Assembly (NCBI GenBank): GCA_001029675.1
Contig: CP011210.1
Coordinates: forward strand, 453,663 to 517,662
Direction: 5' to 3'
From: Candidatus Beckwithbacteria bacterium GW2011_GWC1_49_16
GTDB lineage: Bacteria > Patescibacteriota > Microgenomatia > UBA1400 > CG1-02-47-37
DNA length: 64,000 nucleotides
Positions 28,701 to 38,957 of this stretch are shown piece by piece. The notes below the pieces were generated by a model that saw only the letters and a list, made by a program, of their open reading frames with translations, made no database searches and had not been told where the DNA came from. The translations under genes and the position numbers were made by a program. The first letter of the stretch is position 1; each line of letters opens with the position of its first letter.

Positions 28701-29167
28701 TTGGCTTCTTTTTCGTTGCCGTCTCTTAAGCATTTGGGGATAATTCCCTGCATGCAGGAGGAAGTGGCGATCAGTCCTTTAGAGTATTTTTTCAGAGTGT
28801 CCCAGTCAAAGCGGGGGCGGTAATAGTAGCCTTCAAGGTGGGCGATAGTGGTCAGCTGCATTAGGTTTTTATAGCCGGTGATGTCGCGGGCCAGAAGCAG
28901 CTGGTGAAAGGTTTTTTTATTGACTCCGGGGGAGCGGTCGGCCATATCAGCGGTAGTCAGGTAGCCCTCCATGCCGATGATCGGTTTTAGCCCGGCCTTT
29001 TTGGCGGCGTTTTGGAACTTAACCGCGCCGTACATGACGCCGTGGTCGGTCAGGGCCAGGGACTTCATCTTTAGAGCTTGGGCGCGGGCGATGAGTTCGT
29101 CGATGTCGGAGAGTCCGTCTAACAGGGAGTATTCGGAGTGAACGTGAAGATGAACGAAGTCAGCCAT
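25715..29167 (-). CDS. dnaE: DNA polymerase III alpha subunit
   Basis: FVHLHVHSEYSLLDG PHP domain, GPGRGS, PDIDLDF, KIDFLGL, FNKAH. Confidence 0.98.
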   Translation of the reverse strand: MADFVHLHVHSEYSLLDGLSDIDELIARAQALKMKSLALTDHGVMYGAVKFQNAAKKAGLKPIIGMEGYLTTADMADRSPGVNKKTFHQLLLARDITGYKNLMQLTTIAHLEGYYYRPRFDWDTLKKYSKGLIATSSCMQGIIPKCLRDGNEKEAKAWCKKFIEAFGEDFYLELQSHQGIPELKGLNQKILDLSRQLGIPVVATNDVHYVNAEDAKAQDALLAIQTKTVLSDENRLTMIGSPDYYLKSASEMADLFPETPDALENTLKIADKCNVEIPTGKWILPAFPLPSGFKKPEKYLTKLAQEGLKKRFTPIKKDVQKRLDYELDVINDKGFATYFLIVADFVNWAKKNHVRVGPGRGSVAGSLVAYALRITSINPIEHNIPFERFLNPERPSPPDIDLDFADDRRDLVIDYVANKYGKDKVAQIITFGTMEARGAIRDIGRVLGMPYSDPDRIAKLIPFGFSLEEALVNSTELQEYYKQDDFKELLNLAKKVEGTARHASTHAAGVVIGDKPLTEYTPLQLETKNERVMTQYDMYSLDCNISPDAIGLLKIDFLGLRNLTILQKAIEFVEEQSGDKVDISEIPLDEPAVFKLLSTGNTIGIFQLESAGMRRVARKLKPSRFSDITAMVALYRPGPMELIDDFIAGKLNPSRVRYPHPDLKEVLEETYGIAVYQEQALQIANIMAGYSLGEADILRRAIGKKKRALMVKEKEKFIRQAREKGYSKEIADRVWGYIDKFAGYGFNKAHATAYAMIAYQTAYMKALYPVEFMAALLTAESGNKDKIPVAVEESKQMGIAVLPPDINQSKVGFTIIKDKHSLNQKSIRFGLSAIKNVGVAAIKAILAQRDKSPFKSLTDFCRRVDQQKVNKKVLESLIQVGALDAFGKRSAMLVGLEAIRQKAAQYQKELTSPQTSLFGAARDNPGSHFTDVLPEVAELGKTDLLNFERQLLGFYLTEHPMADALKKIRKQASHQVSELDRQVHLNRQVLLGGVLKNLKTIRTKKSNQLMAFAELEDETGTIELVIFPKVYAAAAKFLAPDRPLLITGKVDFKDKLAILVDSVKSPQSQTPKTTDTRSPNHTIYLNSSTPKNTMVKLKNLLESHPGDQPVSINLSQNGYSQKIRLPYGVDFTTTEEKIIQLIKPFKGRID

Positions 29168-29208
29168 TTGAATTATCTTACCACACCTTCAGGATCTGAT
29201 CCCGTAGG

Positions 29209-30495
29209 CTAGACTTGAAGGCGTTTGAGCAGGAGTTTGCGGGCGGCAACGGCATCGGCTTGGCCGCGGGTGAGTCTCATTACCTGGCCGACTAAAAAGG
29301 CAACGGCCGAACTTTTACCGGCTTTGATTTTGGCGACGACGTCGGGGTTGTCTTTAATTACCTGGTCGATTATACCTAAGTCGACGGTTTGCTTTTGAGT
29401 GAGAGTCTTCAGCTGTTCGGCTGCCGGTTTATCCAATGAGATTTTGTGGTTGATGATTAAATTGGCCAGCTTTTCTGGCGATACTTTAAGGGTCTGGGCG
29501 GTTTTGACCGAGTTTTTAAAGTAAGTTAGCCTTGAAGCTTTGGCGACCAAAAGTGAAGCAAGTTTAGGCGGGAGATTAAAGCGGTCGACCAAATCTTTGG
29601 CCTTGGCTTCCGGCAGCCGGGGCAGTTTGGCGCGGATGGCAGCGATGTCTTTATCGGAAAAGACCATTGGTGGAATGTCCGGCTCGGGAAAGTAACGGTA
29701 GTCCTCGGCGGTTTCTTTGTAGCGCTGGACAAAAGTGGAGCGGGTTTTGGGGTCGTAGCCGCGGGTTTCCTGCCTGGGGGTTTTACCGGCCTTTAAGAGT
29801 TTTTCCTGGCGGGATAATTCATAGTCGATGGCTTGTTCGACAAATCTAAACGAGTTTAGGTTTTTGACCTCGACCTTGTAGGCGAGTGACTCCCCCATCG
29901 AGACGTTGGCTTCGAGTCTCATTGAGCCTTTTTCCATGTCGCAGTCGGAGACTTTAAGGGTGCGCAGAATAGCGGTTAGTTTCTTCAAAAACTCTTTGGC
30001 CTCGGCGCCCGAGGCAATGTCCGGCTCGGTGACGATCTCGACCAAGGGCACGCCCGAGCGGTTAAAGTCGACCAAAGATACGCGCTTGCCGCCGACGGTT
30101 TGGTGGATGAGTTTGCCGGTATCTTCTTCCAGATGCACCCGGGTGAGGTTAATGATTTTACCCGAGTCCAAAGCCAGCTGGCCGCCGCGGCACAAAGGCT
30201 CGTCGTACTGGGAGATCTGGAAGCCTTTGGGCAGGTCGGGGTAAAAGTAGTGCTTGCGGTCAAACTTGGAAGTTTTATTGACGGTTGAGCCAAGCGCCAG
30301 GCCGATCATCATCGTCCAGTCGACGGCCTTTTTGTTGGGTACCGGCAAAGCCCCGGGCAACCCTAAACAAACCGGGCAGGTGTGAGTGTTGGGTTTGACA
30401 GCAAAGTGCTCAGCCGGGCAGCCGCAAAACATTTTCGAGGCGGTAGCCAGCTCGACGTGGACTTCCATGCCGATGGTGGGAGTGAGTTTAAGCAT
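29209..30495 (-). CDS. gatB: Asp/Glu-tRNA amidotransferase subunit B
   Basis: IGMEVHVEL, FDRKHYFYPDLPKGFQISQ, HLEEDTGK, DYRYFPEPD. Confidence 0.97.
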   Translation of the reverse strand: MLKLTPTIGMEVHVELATASKMFCGCPAEHFAVKPNTHTCPVCLGLPGALPVPNKKAVDWTMMIGLALGSTVNKTSKFDRKHYFYPDLPKGFQISQYDEPLCRGGQLALDSGKIINLTRVHLEEDTGKLIHQTVGGKRVSLVDFNRSGVPLVEIVTEPDIASGAEAKEFLKKLTAILRTLKVSDCDMEKGSMRLEANVSMGESLAYKVEVKNLNSFRFVEQAIDYELSRQEKLLKAGKTPRQETRGYDPKTRSTFVQRYKETAEDYRYFPEPDIPPMVFSDKDIAAIRAKLPRLPEAKAKDLVDRFNLPPKLASLLVAKASRLTYFKNSVKTAQTLKVSPEKLANLIINHKISLDKPAAEQLKTLTQKQTVDLGIIDQVIKDNPDVVAKIKAGKSSAVAFLVGQVMRLTRGQADAVAARKLLLKRLQV

Positions 30496-31918
30496 AGTCG
30501 GTTACCGGTTTTTTTAAGTGCCAGTCGGTGGCGGCCTGGTAAGCGGCGCTTACCGCCAGCACCAATCCCTCGGCAAACTGGGGGCCGGTGATCTGCAGGC
30601 CGACGGGCAGGCCAGTGACAAAGCCGCAAGGGACGCTGGTGCCGGTGAGGCCGGCGACACTTGAGGGTTCCATGAGCATGTCGACGATCTCGCCAAACAT
30701 GGGGCTGTCTTTGCTGGCGCCGACTTTAAGGGCCGGGCCGGGGGTGACCGGACCGATAACCAGGTCGTACTTTCGAAAAGTTTTTTTAAACTCTTCGATA
30801 ATTAAGGTTCTGACTTTTTGGGCCTTGTTGTAATACTGGTCGTAGTAGCCGGCTGACAGGGCAAAAGAACCGAGCATGACGCGGTTTTTGGCTTCGTGGC
30901 CAAAATGACTTCTGTCGTTGCCGTAGCGGACGCCGTCGTAGCGGGCCAGGTTTGACGAGACTTCGGAGCGCTGGACCAGGGTATAAACGCCGATTGAATA
31001 GTGCGGGTCGATGAGTGAAATTTGGTCAATTTTGGCACCCAAGCCTTCTAGTTTTTTTAAAGCGTTTTCGATTAGTTTGGCCGTAGCCTTATCCATCTCC
31101 TTGACCAGATACTCCTTGGGAACAGCCAGACGCCTGCCCTTCAAGGATAAACCTTGAAGGTGGCCAAGGTTTAAGTTTACCGGTCGACCCGAGGTGGTAG
31201 CATCAAAGGGGTCGGGGCCAGCGATGACTTGATACACTCTGGCAGCGTCGGCGACGGTTTTGGTTAAAGGGCCTGGAGAATCGGTTGATGAAGCCATGGC
31301 GATGACGCCGTAGCGGGACACGCGGCCGTAGGTGGGTTTTAAACCGGTGATGCCGCACCAGCAAGCCGGGCCTCTGACCGAGCCGGCGGTTTCGGAACCG
31401 ATGGCAAAAATGCACATGTCGGCGGCCACAGCTGCGGCCGAGCCTCCTGAAGACCCGCCGGGAGTATGATTCAGGTTCCAGGGGTTTCTGGTGGTGCCGT
31501 AGTCTGAAGTTTCGGTGGACGAGCCGTGGGCCCAGGCGTCCATGTTGGTTTTACCCAAAAGGACGGTGCCGGCAGTCTTCAAGCGGGCATAAACCGTGGC
31601 GTCGTATTGAGGAATGTAGTCGTCTAAAACTTTAGAGGAAGCAGTGGTTTTCAACCCGGCAGTCAAAAAGTTGTCTTTTAAAGCGTAAGGGATGCCCAAA
31701 AGCGGTTGGGTTTTAAAGGCGTTGCCATCGGAGCGGATTTTTAAGTCTGCAGCCTTGGCGGCTTTCAAGGCGTCGGGGTTCAGGGTCAAAAAAGCGTTTA
31801 GCTTGGGGTTTAAGCGCTTGATTTCGTCAAGGCAAGCCAGGGTCAGCTCGACCGAAGAAAATTTCTTGACCTTCAAGCCTTCGAGGGCTTCGGTGAGAGT
31901 CAACTGATTAAGTTTCAT
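30488..31918 (-). CDS. gatA: Asp/Glu-tRNA amidotransferase subunit A
   Basis: Amidase signature GKTNMD...GSSTE...PGGSSGGSAAAV...GSETAGSVR.PA; start set at MKLNQLT. Confidence 0.97.
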   Translation of the reverse strand: MKLNQLTLTEALEGLKVKKFSSVELTLACLDEIKRLNPKLNAFLTLNPDALKAAKAADLKIRSDGNAFKTQPLLGIPYALKDNFLTAGLKTTASSKVLDDYIPQYDATVYARLKTAGTVLLGKTNMDAWAHGSSTETSDYGTTRNPWNLNHTPGGSSGGSAAAVAADMCIFAIGSETAGSVRGPACWCGITGLKPTYGRVSRYGVIAMASSTDSPGPLTKTVADAARVYQVIAGPDPFDATTSGRPVNLNLGHLQGLSLKGRRLAVPKEYLVKEMDKATAKLIENALKKLEGLGAKIDQISLIDPHYSIGVYTLVQRSEVSSNLARYDGVRYGNDRSHFGHEAKNRVMLGSFALSAGYYDQYYNKAQKVRTLIIEEFKKTFRKYDLVIGPVTPGPALKVGASKDSPMFGEIVDMLMEPSSVAGLTGTSVPCGFVTGLPVGLQITGPQFAEGLVLAVSAAYQAATDWHLKKPVTDYA

Positions 31919-32213
31919 CAAAGATGGCCGGGACAACAAAGTATCCCTTATGAGAATTTTTGGCATTGACTAGAGCTTTTTGTTGCGATAGCACCCGTGA
32001 TTTATCGACCTTATCGGGCCGATAGACGTTTTTCAGGCCGGTGACCTGGAAGGTGGAGCCAACTTTTTTGGTGTTAAGTTGTTCTAGCTTGTCAACTGTC
32101 TTAAGCGTCGCCTCAAAACCGGTTTTAAAGCCGGCAGCCTCATTAGGGCTGACCGTCATCTTAGAAAGCTCGGCCAAGTGGGAGACGTTGATTTTGGATT
32201 TGGTTTTGTCCAT
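31908..32213 (-). CDS. gatC: Asp/Glu-tRNA amidotransferase subunit C
   Basis: V.HLAELS, NVYRPD, L.NA....GYFVVP.I; upstream of gatA. Confidence 0.9.
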   Translation of the reverse strand: MDKTKSKINVSHLAELSKMTVSPNEAAGFKTGFEATLKTVDKLEQLNTKKVGSTFQVTGLKNVYRPDKVDKSRVLSQQKALVNAKNSHKGYFVVPAIFDET

Positions 32214-32310
32214 AAAAAAAACTAGCGCCTTCAAGAGCTAGTTTAGCAAAGTTTGGCTCAACCAACCAGCTCTCCTAGGTTTAGGAGTTTTGTTGCTGAT
32301 TGAGTTGAGA
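32214..32310 (-). ncRNA. candidate structured RNA or leader ending in an intrinsic terminator
   Basis: 14-bp stem, asymmetric loop and 6-bp apical stem, followed by the AAACTAGC/GCTAGTTT hairpin and a T run. Confidence 0.4.
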
Positions 32311-32337
32311 AAGATACATTGGGGGTAAGTTATCAAT

Positions 32338-34920
32338 TTAAGCCTTCAAAGTCAAGGCGCCTTTGGCGGCGTCGATGGTAACGGTAGTTCCCTCTTTGAC
32401 TTTATTTTCGATGATCATCAGTGACAGGGGGTCGAGGATCTCGTTTTGGATGACTCTTTTTAAGGGCCGGGCGCCAAAAGCGTCGTCAAAGCCTTTTTGG
32501 CTTAAGTACTTCTCGGCCGCCGGGGTGACTTTGAGGGTGATTTTTTTGTCGGCTAGACGCCGGTTGACCCGGTCAAGCTGGAGCTTGACGATTGAGTTAA
32601 GCATTTCCGGGGTGAGTTGGTCGAAGATGATGATCTGGTCCAGACGGTTGATAAACTCGGGGCGGAAAGACTGGTTAACTAGCTCCCAGATTTTCTGTTT
32701 CATTTCTTCCTGTTTGTCTTTTTTGCCGGCGTAATCCTGAATAATGTTGCCGCCAAGGTTACTGGTCATAATCACAACGGTGTTTTTAAAGCTGATGGTT
32801 CTGCCCTTGCCGTCGGTCAGTCTGCCCTCGTCAAGGATCTGAAGGAATGCGTTAAAAATCTGCGGGTGGGCTTTTTCGATCTCGTCAAAGAGGATGACCG
32901 AGTAGGGTTTTCTCCTGACCGCCTCGGTCAGCTGGCCGCCCTCTTCAAAGCCGACGTAGCCGGGCGGGGCGCCGATTAAGCGCGCCAGGGAGTGGCTTTC
33001 CGAGTACTCGCTCATGTCGGTTCTTACTAGCGCCTTTTCGTCGCCGAACAAAACCTCGGCTAAGGCTTTGGCCAGTTCGGTTTTGCCCACACCCGTCGGG
33101 CCCATGAAGATAAACGAGCCGATGGGGCGGGGTTCTTCGCTAATCCCCGCCCGGGACCGCCTGATGGCGCCGGCGACTTCGCGGACGGCCTCGTCTTGGT
33201 TGACGACGCGCTGGTGGAGTTCGTCTTCAAGGTGGGCCAGTTTTTCGGCCTCGGTAGAGAGGAGTTTGGCCACCGGCACGCCGCTCCAGCGGGAGACGAC
33301 CTGGGCGATGTCTTCCTCGGTGACTGACAGCTTTAAAATTTTATCTTCGTCGGGGATTTTCTCCCAAGTTTCTTGGAGCTTGGTCAACTCCTTTTCAATT
33401 TGGGGTAAATCGCCGTATTTGATTTTGGCGGCTTCTTCGAGTTTGACCTCGCGCTCGAGCGTTTCCAGCCTGGTTTTTAGCTCGTCAGCCTGGCCTTGGA
33501 GTTTTTGGATTTTGGTCAGTAATTCTTTTTGACTCGCCCACCTTAATTTCAACTTGGTTTCTTTTTCTTTGAGGGGAGCTAAGTTTTTCTTGATTTCGGC
33601 TAGTCTGGCCTGGGCGGTTTTTGATTTCTCCTTTTTGAGGGCGGCCTGTTCGATTTCTAGTTGGGTAATTTGGCGTTTTAATTGGTCAAGTTCCTCCGGT
33701 TGCGATTCGGACTCGATTTTTAGGCCCGAAGTGGCTTCGTCAACCAAGTCGATGGCTTTGTCGGGCAAAAAGCGGTCGGCAATGTAGCGGTCGGAGAGCT
33801 TGGCGGCGGCAACGACGGCGTCGTCAGTGATCTTGATGCCGTGGTGGACTTCGTACTTTTCTTTAAGGCCGCGGAGGATGGAGACGGTGTCGGCTACGCT
33901 CGGCGGGTTGATCAGCACCGGCTGGAAGCGGCGCTCGAGCGCCGCGTCTTTTTCGATGTGCTGGCGGTATTCGCTGACAGTCGTGGCGCCGATGGCGTGG
34001 AGTTCGCCGCGGGCTAAGGCCGGCTTTAAGATGTTGGCCGCGTCGATGGCCCCTTCGGCCGCCCCGGCCCCGACCAGGGTGTGGAGTTCGTCGATAAACA
34101 GAAGGTAGCGGCCGGCGCCTTTTTGGATTTGTTTTAAGACGGCTTTTAGCCGGTCTTCAAACTCGCCCCTGAACTTGGAGCCGGCCAAGATCGAAGCCAG
34201 GTCCAAAACCAGCACTTCTTTGTCTTTTAAAGTTTCGGGGACGTCGCCGGAAGCGACGCGCTGGGCCAAGCCTTCGGCGATGGCGGTCTTACCCACGCCG
34301 GGATCGCCGATTAGTACGGGATTGTTTTTGGTGCGCCGGGAAAGTACCTGCATCAGCCGTCTTATCTCTTCGTTCCGGCCGATGACCGGGTCGAGCTTGC
34401 CGGCGCGGGCCAACTCTGTCAGGTTGGTGGTAAATTTTTCCAAGGCTTGGTATTTGCCTTCGGGATTTTGGTCGGTCACTTTTTCGCCTCCTCTGACGTC
34501 TTTTAAGACCGCGTTGATTTTATCGGCGGTGACGTTTGCTTGTTTGAGGATAGCACTAGCTTGGCAGTCTGTCAATGAGAGTGCTAAGAGCAGATGTTCG
34601 CGGGAAACATAGTCGTCGCCCAAACTTTTAGCTTGCTTCTCGGCTTGATTTAAGACTTCTGCCAGTTCCCGGGCGACTCGCGGTTGGCTGCCGCCTTCTA
34701 CTTTCGGTTCTGCTTCCAGTTTTTCCTGGGCTGCCTGGCTGATTTCTGCCGGCGAGGCCTCAAGCTGCTTTAAGATCTCTACCACCACCGAGTCAAAGTC
34801 TGTCAGTAAGGCTAAAAGCAGATGAAGCGAGTTGACTTCCGCGTTTTTGGCGTCAGTTGCCAGCTTAACGGCAGCGGCCAGGGCTTGTTGTGATTGGTGG
34901 GTTAACTTTTCCGGATCCAT
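32338..34920 (-). CDS. clpB: chaperone ClpB
   Basis: Clp N-domain, two AAA+ modules ([16 protein letters not shown]), long coiled-coil middle domain, GARPLKR. Confidence 0.97.
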   Translation of the reverse strand: MDPEKLTHQSQQALAAAVKLATDAKNAEVNSLHLLLALLTDFDSVVVEILKQLEASPAEISQAAQEKLEAEPKVEGGSQPRVARELAEVLNQAEKQAKSLGDDYVSREHLLLALSLTDCQASAILKQANVTADKINAVLKDVRGGEKVTDQNPEGKYQALEKFTTNLTELARAGKLDPVIGRNEEIRRLMQVLSRRTKNNPVLIGDPGVGKTAIAEGLAQRVASGDVPETLKDKEVLVLDLASILAGSKFRGEFEDRLKAVLKQIQKGAGRYLLFIDELHTLVGAGAAEGAIDAANILKPALARGELHAIGATTVSEYRQHIEKDAALERRFQPVLINPPSVADTVSILRGLKEKYEVHHGIKITDDAVVAAAKLSDRYIADRFLPDKAIDLVDEATSGLKIESESQPEELDQLKRQITQLEIEQAALKKEKSKTAQARLAEIKKNLAPLKEKETKLKLRWASQKELLTKIQKLQGQADELKTRLETLEREVKLEEAAKIKYGDLPQIEKELTKLQETWEKIPDEDKILKLSVTEEDIAQVVSRWSGVPVAKLLSTEAEKLAHLEDELHQRVVNQDEAVREVAGAIRRSRAGISEEPRPIGSFIFMGPTGVGKTELAKALAEVLFGDEKALVRTDMSEYSESHSLARLIGAPPGYVGFEEGGQLTEAVRRKPYSVILFDEIEKAHPQIFNAFLQILDEGRLTDGKGRTISFKNTVVIMTSNLGGNIIQDYAGKKDKQEEMKQKIWELVNQSFRPEFINRLDQIIIFDQLTPEMLNSIVKLQLDRVNRRLADKKITLKVTPAAEKYLSQKGFDDAFGARPLKRVIQNEILDPLSLMIIENKVKEGTTVTIDAAKGALTLKA

Positions 34921-34943
34921 GGGCAGTAAACCTATTTTACCCT

Positions 34944-35846
34944 TTAGGCCATCTGGCGCAAGGCGCGGATGCGTTCGGATACGGGCGGGTGGGTGTTGAA
35001 AAGGCCGGCAAACCAGCCGATTGAGTCATGGCGGTTTTTTAAGGGGTTGGCGATATACAAATGAGCGGTGGCTTTGTTGGCCGCTTCTAAAGGTTCGCGG
35101 TCATGGGAGATTTTTTCCAAAGCCCGGGCCAGGCCTTGGGGAAAGCGGGTGATCTTGACTGCCGAGGCGTCGGCCAATAACTCGCGCCGGCGGGAGACGG
35201 CCAGTTTGATCAGGTTGGCAATCAAAGGCGAAAGCAGGGCTAAAACGACACCGACGACAAAAATGACCACCTTGACTTGATTTCTGTCGTTGTCCCGACC
35301 CCGGCCCCAGTAGGTAGCCCGCAAAAACCAGTCGGCGAGCAAAGTGACCAAGCCGACCAGAACGGTGACTAAAGACATCACCCTGATGTCGTAGTTTTTT
35401 ATATGGGAGAGTTCGTGGGCGATCACCCCCTCAAGCTCGGTGCGATCAAGTTTGTCGATTAGCCCGGTAGTGGCGCAAACGACGGCATGGCCTGGGTCGC
35501 GGCCGGTGGCAAAGGCGTTGGGAGCAGAGTCGTCGATAACATAGAGTTTGGGCAGGGGCAGTCGGGTGGCCAGACACAAGTTTTCGGTGACGGTGTAAAA
35601 CTTAAAGTCTTTTTTTCTTGAAGCGGGCCTGGCTTTGGAAATGGCCAGGATGATTTTGTCCGAGTTGTAGTAGGAAAAAAAGCTCACCAGGCCGGAAAAG
35701 ATTAAAGCCAGGCCGACCCAGGACAGGCCGTAACCGGAAGCCTCACCCAAAACCCAGGCAACTAGGGCGATAAAGGCGACAAAGAAAGCGATGATCAGGG
35801 CGCTTTTTCTTTTGTTTCGATCTACCTGTTCGTAGACGTTGAGCAT
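34944..35846 (-). CDS. htpX: HtpX-family M48 membrane metalloprotease
   Basis: PNAFATG, HELSH, SRRRE..AD, THPP. Confidence 0.93.
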   Translation of the reverse strand: MLNVYEQVDRNKRKSALIIAFFVAFIALVAWVLGEASGYGLSWVGLALIFSGLVSFFSYYNSDKIILAISKARPASRKKDFKFYTVTENLCLATRLPLPKLYVIDDSAPNAFATGRDPGHAVVCATTGLIDKLDRTELEGVIAHELSHIKNYDIRVMSLVTVLVGLVTLLADWFLRATYWGRGRDNDRNQVKVVIFVVGVVLALLSPLIANLIKLAVSRRRELLADASAVKITRFPQGLARALEKISHDREPLEAANKATAHLYIANPLKNRHDSIGWFAGLFNTHPPVSERIRALRQMA

Positions 35847-36433
35847 TAAAGATCGACTTTGGGAGTTTTGGTGTCTGCGGCTTTAACTTCCAGGTGTTCA
35901 CCGGTTTCTGGGGTTTTGAGGCCCTCTTTTGGCTTAAAACCAAAAAGGCCGGCCAACAGGCTTGAGGGTAGGGTGACCACCATCACATTGTAGTCGGCGG
36001 TTAAATCAATCAGGGTGCGGCGCGAGTACATCACTTTGTCGGCGGTGTCGCGCAATTCGTCCATGAGGCTTTGAGTCGGCCCGGCGGCCTTGAGTTCGGG
36101 GGTGTCTTCAAAGACGGCCCTGATGCCGGGAAGGGCCCCTTGGAGTTGTGAGGCGGCGGCGACCAGGTTTTGGACTTGGCCTGATTTGACGGCCGTCAGG
36201 ATTGATTTTCTGGCGTCAGTCAAGGCTTTGATCGCTGCCGACTCGTGCTTCATATAGCCCTTGACCGAACTGACCAGGTTGGGGATCAAATCCGCTTGGC
36301 GTTTCAGCTGGTTGCCGATTTCCTGGATCGAAGCTTTGAGCCTGGTTTCGATGGTCTTAAATTTGTTGTAAACGGAGAAGATATAGAAGGCGATGAGAAG
36401 CGCCAAGATGATGAGGATAGTGCTCAAGCTCAT
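35846..36433 (-). CDS. lemA: LemA family protein
   Basis: N-terminal TM, QLKRQADLIPNLV..VKGY..HE; adjacent to htpX. Confidence 0.92.
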   Translation of the reverse strand: MSLSTILIILALLIAFYIFSVYNKFKTIETRLKASIQEIGNQLKRQADLIPNLVSSVKGYMKHESAAIKALTDARKSILTAVKSGQVQNLVAAASQLQGALPGIRAVFEDTPELKAAGPTQSLMDELRDTADKVMYSRRTLIDLTADYNVMVVTLPSSLLAGLFGFKPKEGLKTPETGEHLEVKAADTKTPKVDL

Positions 36434-38190
36434 AAGTTAAGTATAGCGGCAAGTTTGGCGTATGGCAAGGTGTTAATCACGTCGCGGGCTTCGGCCCAGC
36501 CGCGGCGGGCGACAGCAACGCCGGAGGCGATACCGCCTAACTGGTCTGCTGCGTGGGCATCGGTGTTGACAGCCAGCTTGACACCCAGGTCAACGGCTCG
36601 TTTGACCAGGCTGTCGGGCAGGTCGAGCCTTTCGGGCGAGCTGTTTATTTCCAAAACTTTGTGGTTTTTGAGGCAAAAAGCAAAAATTTTGTCCCAGTCG
36701 AGGTTGACCGGTGGGCGGCGGTTGAGCATCCGGGCCGTGGGGTGGGCCAGTATTTTGGCCTTGGGGTGGCTCAAACCAGTGAGTAAGCGCTGGGTAGCCG
36801 TCTTTAAGGGCTGGCGGAAGCTTGAGTGAATCGAGACCAGGGCAAAATCGAGCAGGTCAAGACCCTGTTCAGGTACTGCCAGGCTGCCGTCAGGCTTGAT
36901 GTCAACTTCGAGTAAATTTAGTACCTTTATTTTCATTTTATTTTCATGCGAGGTGTTAAACTTATCTATCTTATCCTTTCGGGCTTTTATAATAGCTATT
37001 ATTTGTTTAGAGGTGTGGTTGGTGGTGGCCGGGTTATGGTCGGCAACACCTAAGTATTGGTAGCCCAGCGACCTGGCTTTGAGTACCAAATTCTTGAGGG
37101 AATCGGCACCTAAGTCGTGGCTGGTTTGAATGTCTATATCAGAGTGGACGTGGAGGTCGCCTTTAATGTCGTCTAGTTCCACCAGCTTAGGCAACACTTT
37201 CGTAGTAATCTCTCCCCTGTCCTCGCGCAGTTCGGGGGGAATGTATTTTAAACCCAGGGCGGCGTAAAATTTCTCTTCAGAAGCGAATTTTTTCAAGGAT
37301 TTCCCCTTTTTGATGCCATATTCTGACAGGCTAAGGCCTTTTTTAAGAGCCAGCTCGCGCAATTTGACGTTATGGCTTTTAGAGCCGGTAAAGTGCTGCA
37401 CGAGCGAGCCGTACTCGTCAGGCGGGTGAAAGCGTACGTCCACCTGGCGGCCGTTCTTGAGTAACACCGAGACCTTTTTTTCGCCTTGGTCGGTGATTTT
37501 TTTGATCTCGGGGAATTTCAAGAAGTAGGCGGCGGCCCCTTGAGGGTTTTTGGTGGCCACGGCGATGTCGATGTCGCCGACGGTGTCTTTTTGGCGCCTT
37601 AAACTACCCAAATGCTCGGCCTTGATTACCAGGGGCGACTTCTGGAGGTGGTCAAGGATTTTTCGGGCCAGATGCGAGGCCGCGCTCAAAAGCATTCGAT
37701 CTTCTTTCTGGTGAAACTCGCTAATACCCTGAATAATATCTTTTTCAGATTGCTCGCCAAAACCTTCAACGCGCCGCAGCTTGCCCTCCTGGGCCAGCCT
37801 TTTTAACCTGGGAACGGCGGTTGAGGCTTGGTTTAACTTCAGTTTAGTCGCCAACTTGTAGGCAGTCTTGGGGCCGATTCCGGGCACTTCCATCAGTTTA
37901 AACATGGCTTCAGGTAAGCCTCTAAAGATTTGGTCAAAATGTTTCACCCTGCCGGTTTGGAAAAGCTCGTCCAAGTGGGCGGCGATGTTTTTGCCGATGC
38001 CGGGTACTTGGTCGAGTTTTCCCTCACGCCATAAATCTTTTAACTCCTGCGGAGACTTTTCGATCGAGGCGGCGACGTTTTGGTAGGCGATAATCCGGAA
38101 ACGGTTCTTTTTCTTGATTTCAAGGGCCGAGGCCAAGGCCCGAAACAGACCGGCCAGTTCCCGGTTGTCCATGTGGCGGTGGGTTTTCAT
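36430..38190 (-). CDS. polX: DNA polymerase X with a PHP domain
   Basis: HhH motifs (PGIG), GSLRR.K.TVGDID, HFTGSK.HN, GDLHVHS, DH, HPT.R, TDAH. Confidence 0.95.
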   Translation of the reverse strand: MKTHRHMDNRELAGLFRALASALEIKKKNRFRIIAYQNVAASIEKSPQELKDLWREGKLDQVPGIGKNIAAHLDELFQTGRVKHFDQIFRGLPEAMFKLMEVPGIGPKTAYKLATKLKLNQASTAVPRLKRLAQEGKLRRVEGFGEQSEKDIIQGISEFHQKEDRMLLSAASHLARKILDHLQKSPLVIKAEHLGSLRRQKDTVGDIDIAVATKNPQGAAAYFLKFPEIKKITDQGEKKVSVLLKNGRQVDVRFHPPDEYGSLVQHFTGSKSHNVKLRELALKKGLSLSEYGIKKGKSLKKFASEEKFYAALGLKYIPPELREDRGEITTKVLPKLVELDDIKGDLHVHSDIDIQTSHDLGADSLKNLVLKARSLGYQYLGVADHNPATTNHTSKQIIAIIKARKDKIDKFNTSHENKMKIKVLNLLEVDIKPDGSLAVPEQGLDLLDFALVSIHSSFRQPLKTATQRLLTGLSHPKAKILAHPTARMLNRRPPVNLDWDKIFAFCLKNHKVLEINSSPERLDLPDSLVKRAVDLGVKLAVNTDAHAADQLGGIASGVAVARRGWAEARDVINTLPYAKLAAILNL

Positions 38191-38260
38191 CGCTTAATCA
38201 TATCATGATTTTAAGATTGACTCGGGTAAATCTTATCTGATAATATAGGCTTGTTAGTTA

Positions 38261-38338
38261 GGACCCGTAGTGTAGTCGGTTTAACACGCATCCCTGTCAA
38301 GGATGAGATCGCCGGTTCGAATCCGGTCGGGTCCGCCA
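38261..38338 (+). tRNA. tRNA-Asp(GTC)
   Basis: GGACCCG...CATCC-CTGTCAA-GGATG...GGTTCGAATCC...CGGGTCCGCCA. Confidence 0.96.
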
Positions 38339-38372
38339 CTGCCCATAATTTCTGTCCAGAAAGGAGGAGACT

Positions 38373-38957
38373 ATGGAAACATACGAACAAGATTCAAGGC
38401 TTAAAACTTTTCTTAAAACTTTACGCTTGAAAGAATCGACCATCAGCATGGTATTGGGTGCCTTGGTAGTGGTAGTGGTTGGAGTTTTAATTTACAACTA
38501 TTTTGCCAACATCAACCGCCCCGAACAACCGATAGTCGAAGAAGGGGTGAAGCTGGTTGAGGAAGAGGGTGAACTTGTGCCAGAAGCCTTACCTACCAGT
38601 CACACGGTTGCTGCCGGTGAGGATTTGTGGAAAATTGCCCAAACCTACTACGAATCCGGCTATAACTGGGTGGATATTGCCAAGGAAAACAAGCTAGTAA
38701 ACGCCAACCTGATCGAGGTGGGCCAAGAACTGACTATTCCCAGAACTCCGGTAATCAAGGTGGAGGTCGCCTCTGAGCCCGAGCTCTCTATTTTGGAAAC
38801 AGAGTACGTTGTGGTTAAAGGCGATTTTCTCTGGGAGATTGCGGTCCGCGCCTACGGCGACGGTTACCGCTGGCCGGAGATTTACGAAGCCAACGCTGAT
38901 CAAATCGCCGATCCCAACGTTATCGAAGTCGGGCAGGTGCTCACCTTACCCAGATAA
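38373..38957 (+). CDS. membrane-anchored protein with two LysM domains
   Basis: TM helix, then two repeats HTV..GE.LW.IA..YY.SG..W..I...N...N.IEVGQ.L.IP; AGGAGG RBS. Confidence 0.92.
   Translation: METYEQDSRLKTFLKTLRLKESTISMVLGALVVVVVGVLIYNYFANINRPEQPIVEEGVKLVEEEGELVPEALPTSHTVAAGEDLWKIAQTYYESGYNWVDIAKENKLVNANLIEVGQELTIPRTPVIKVEVASEPELSILETEYVVVKGDFLWEIAVRAYGDGYRWPEIYEANADQIADPNVIEVGQVLTLPR

Noticed and set aside
32214-32310. T-box riboswitch for gatCAB (AAC/CAA in the internal loop)
   Set aside because: No T-box antiterminator consensus, the leader is too short, and the loop is on the wrong side of the stem.
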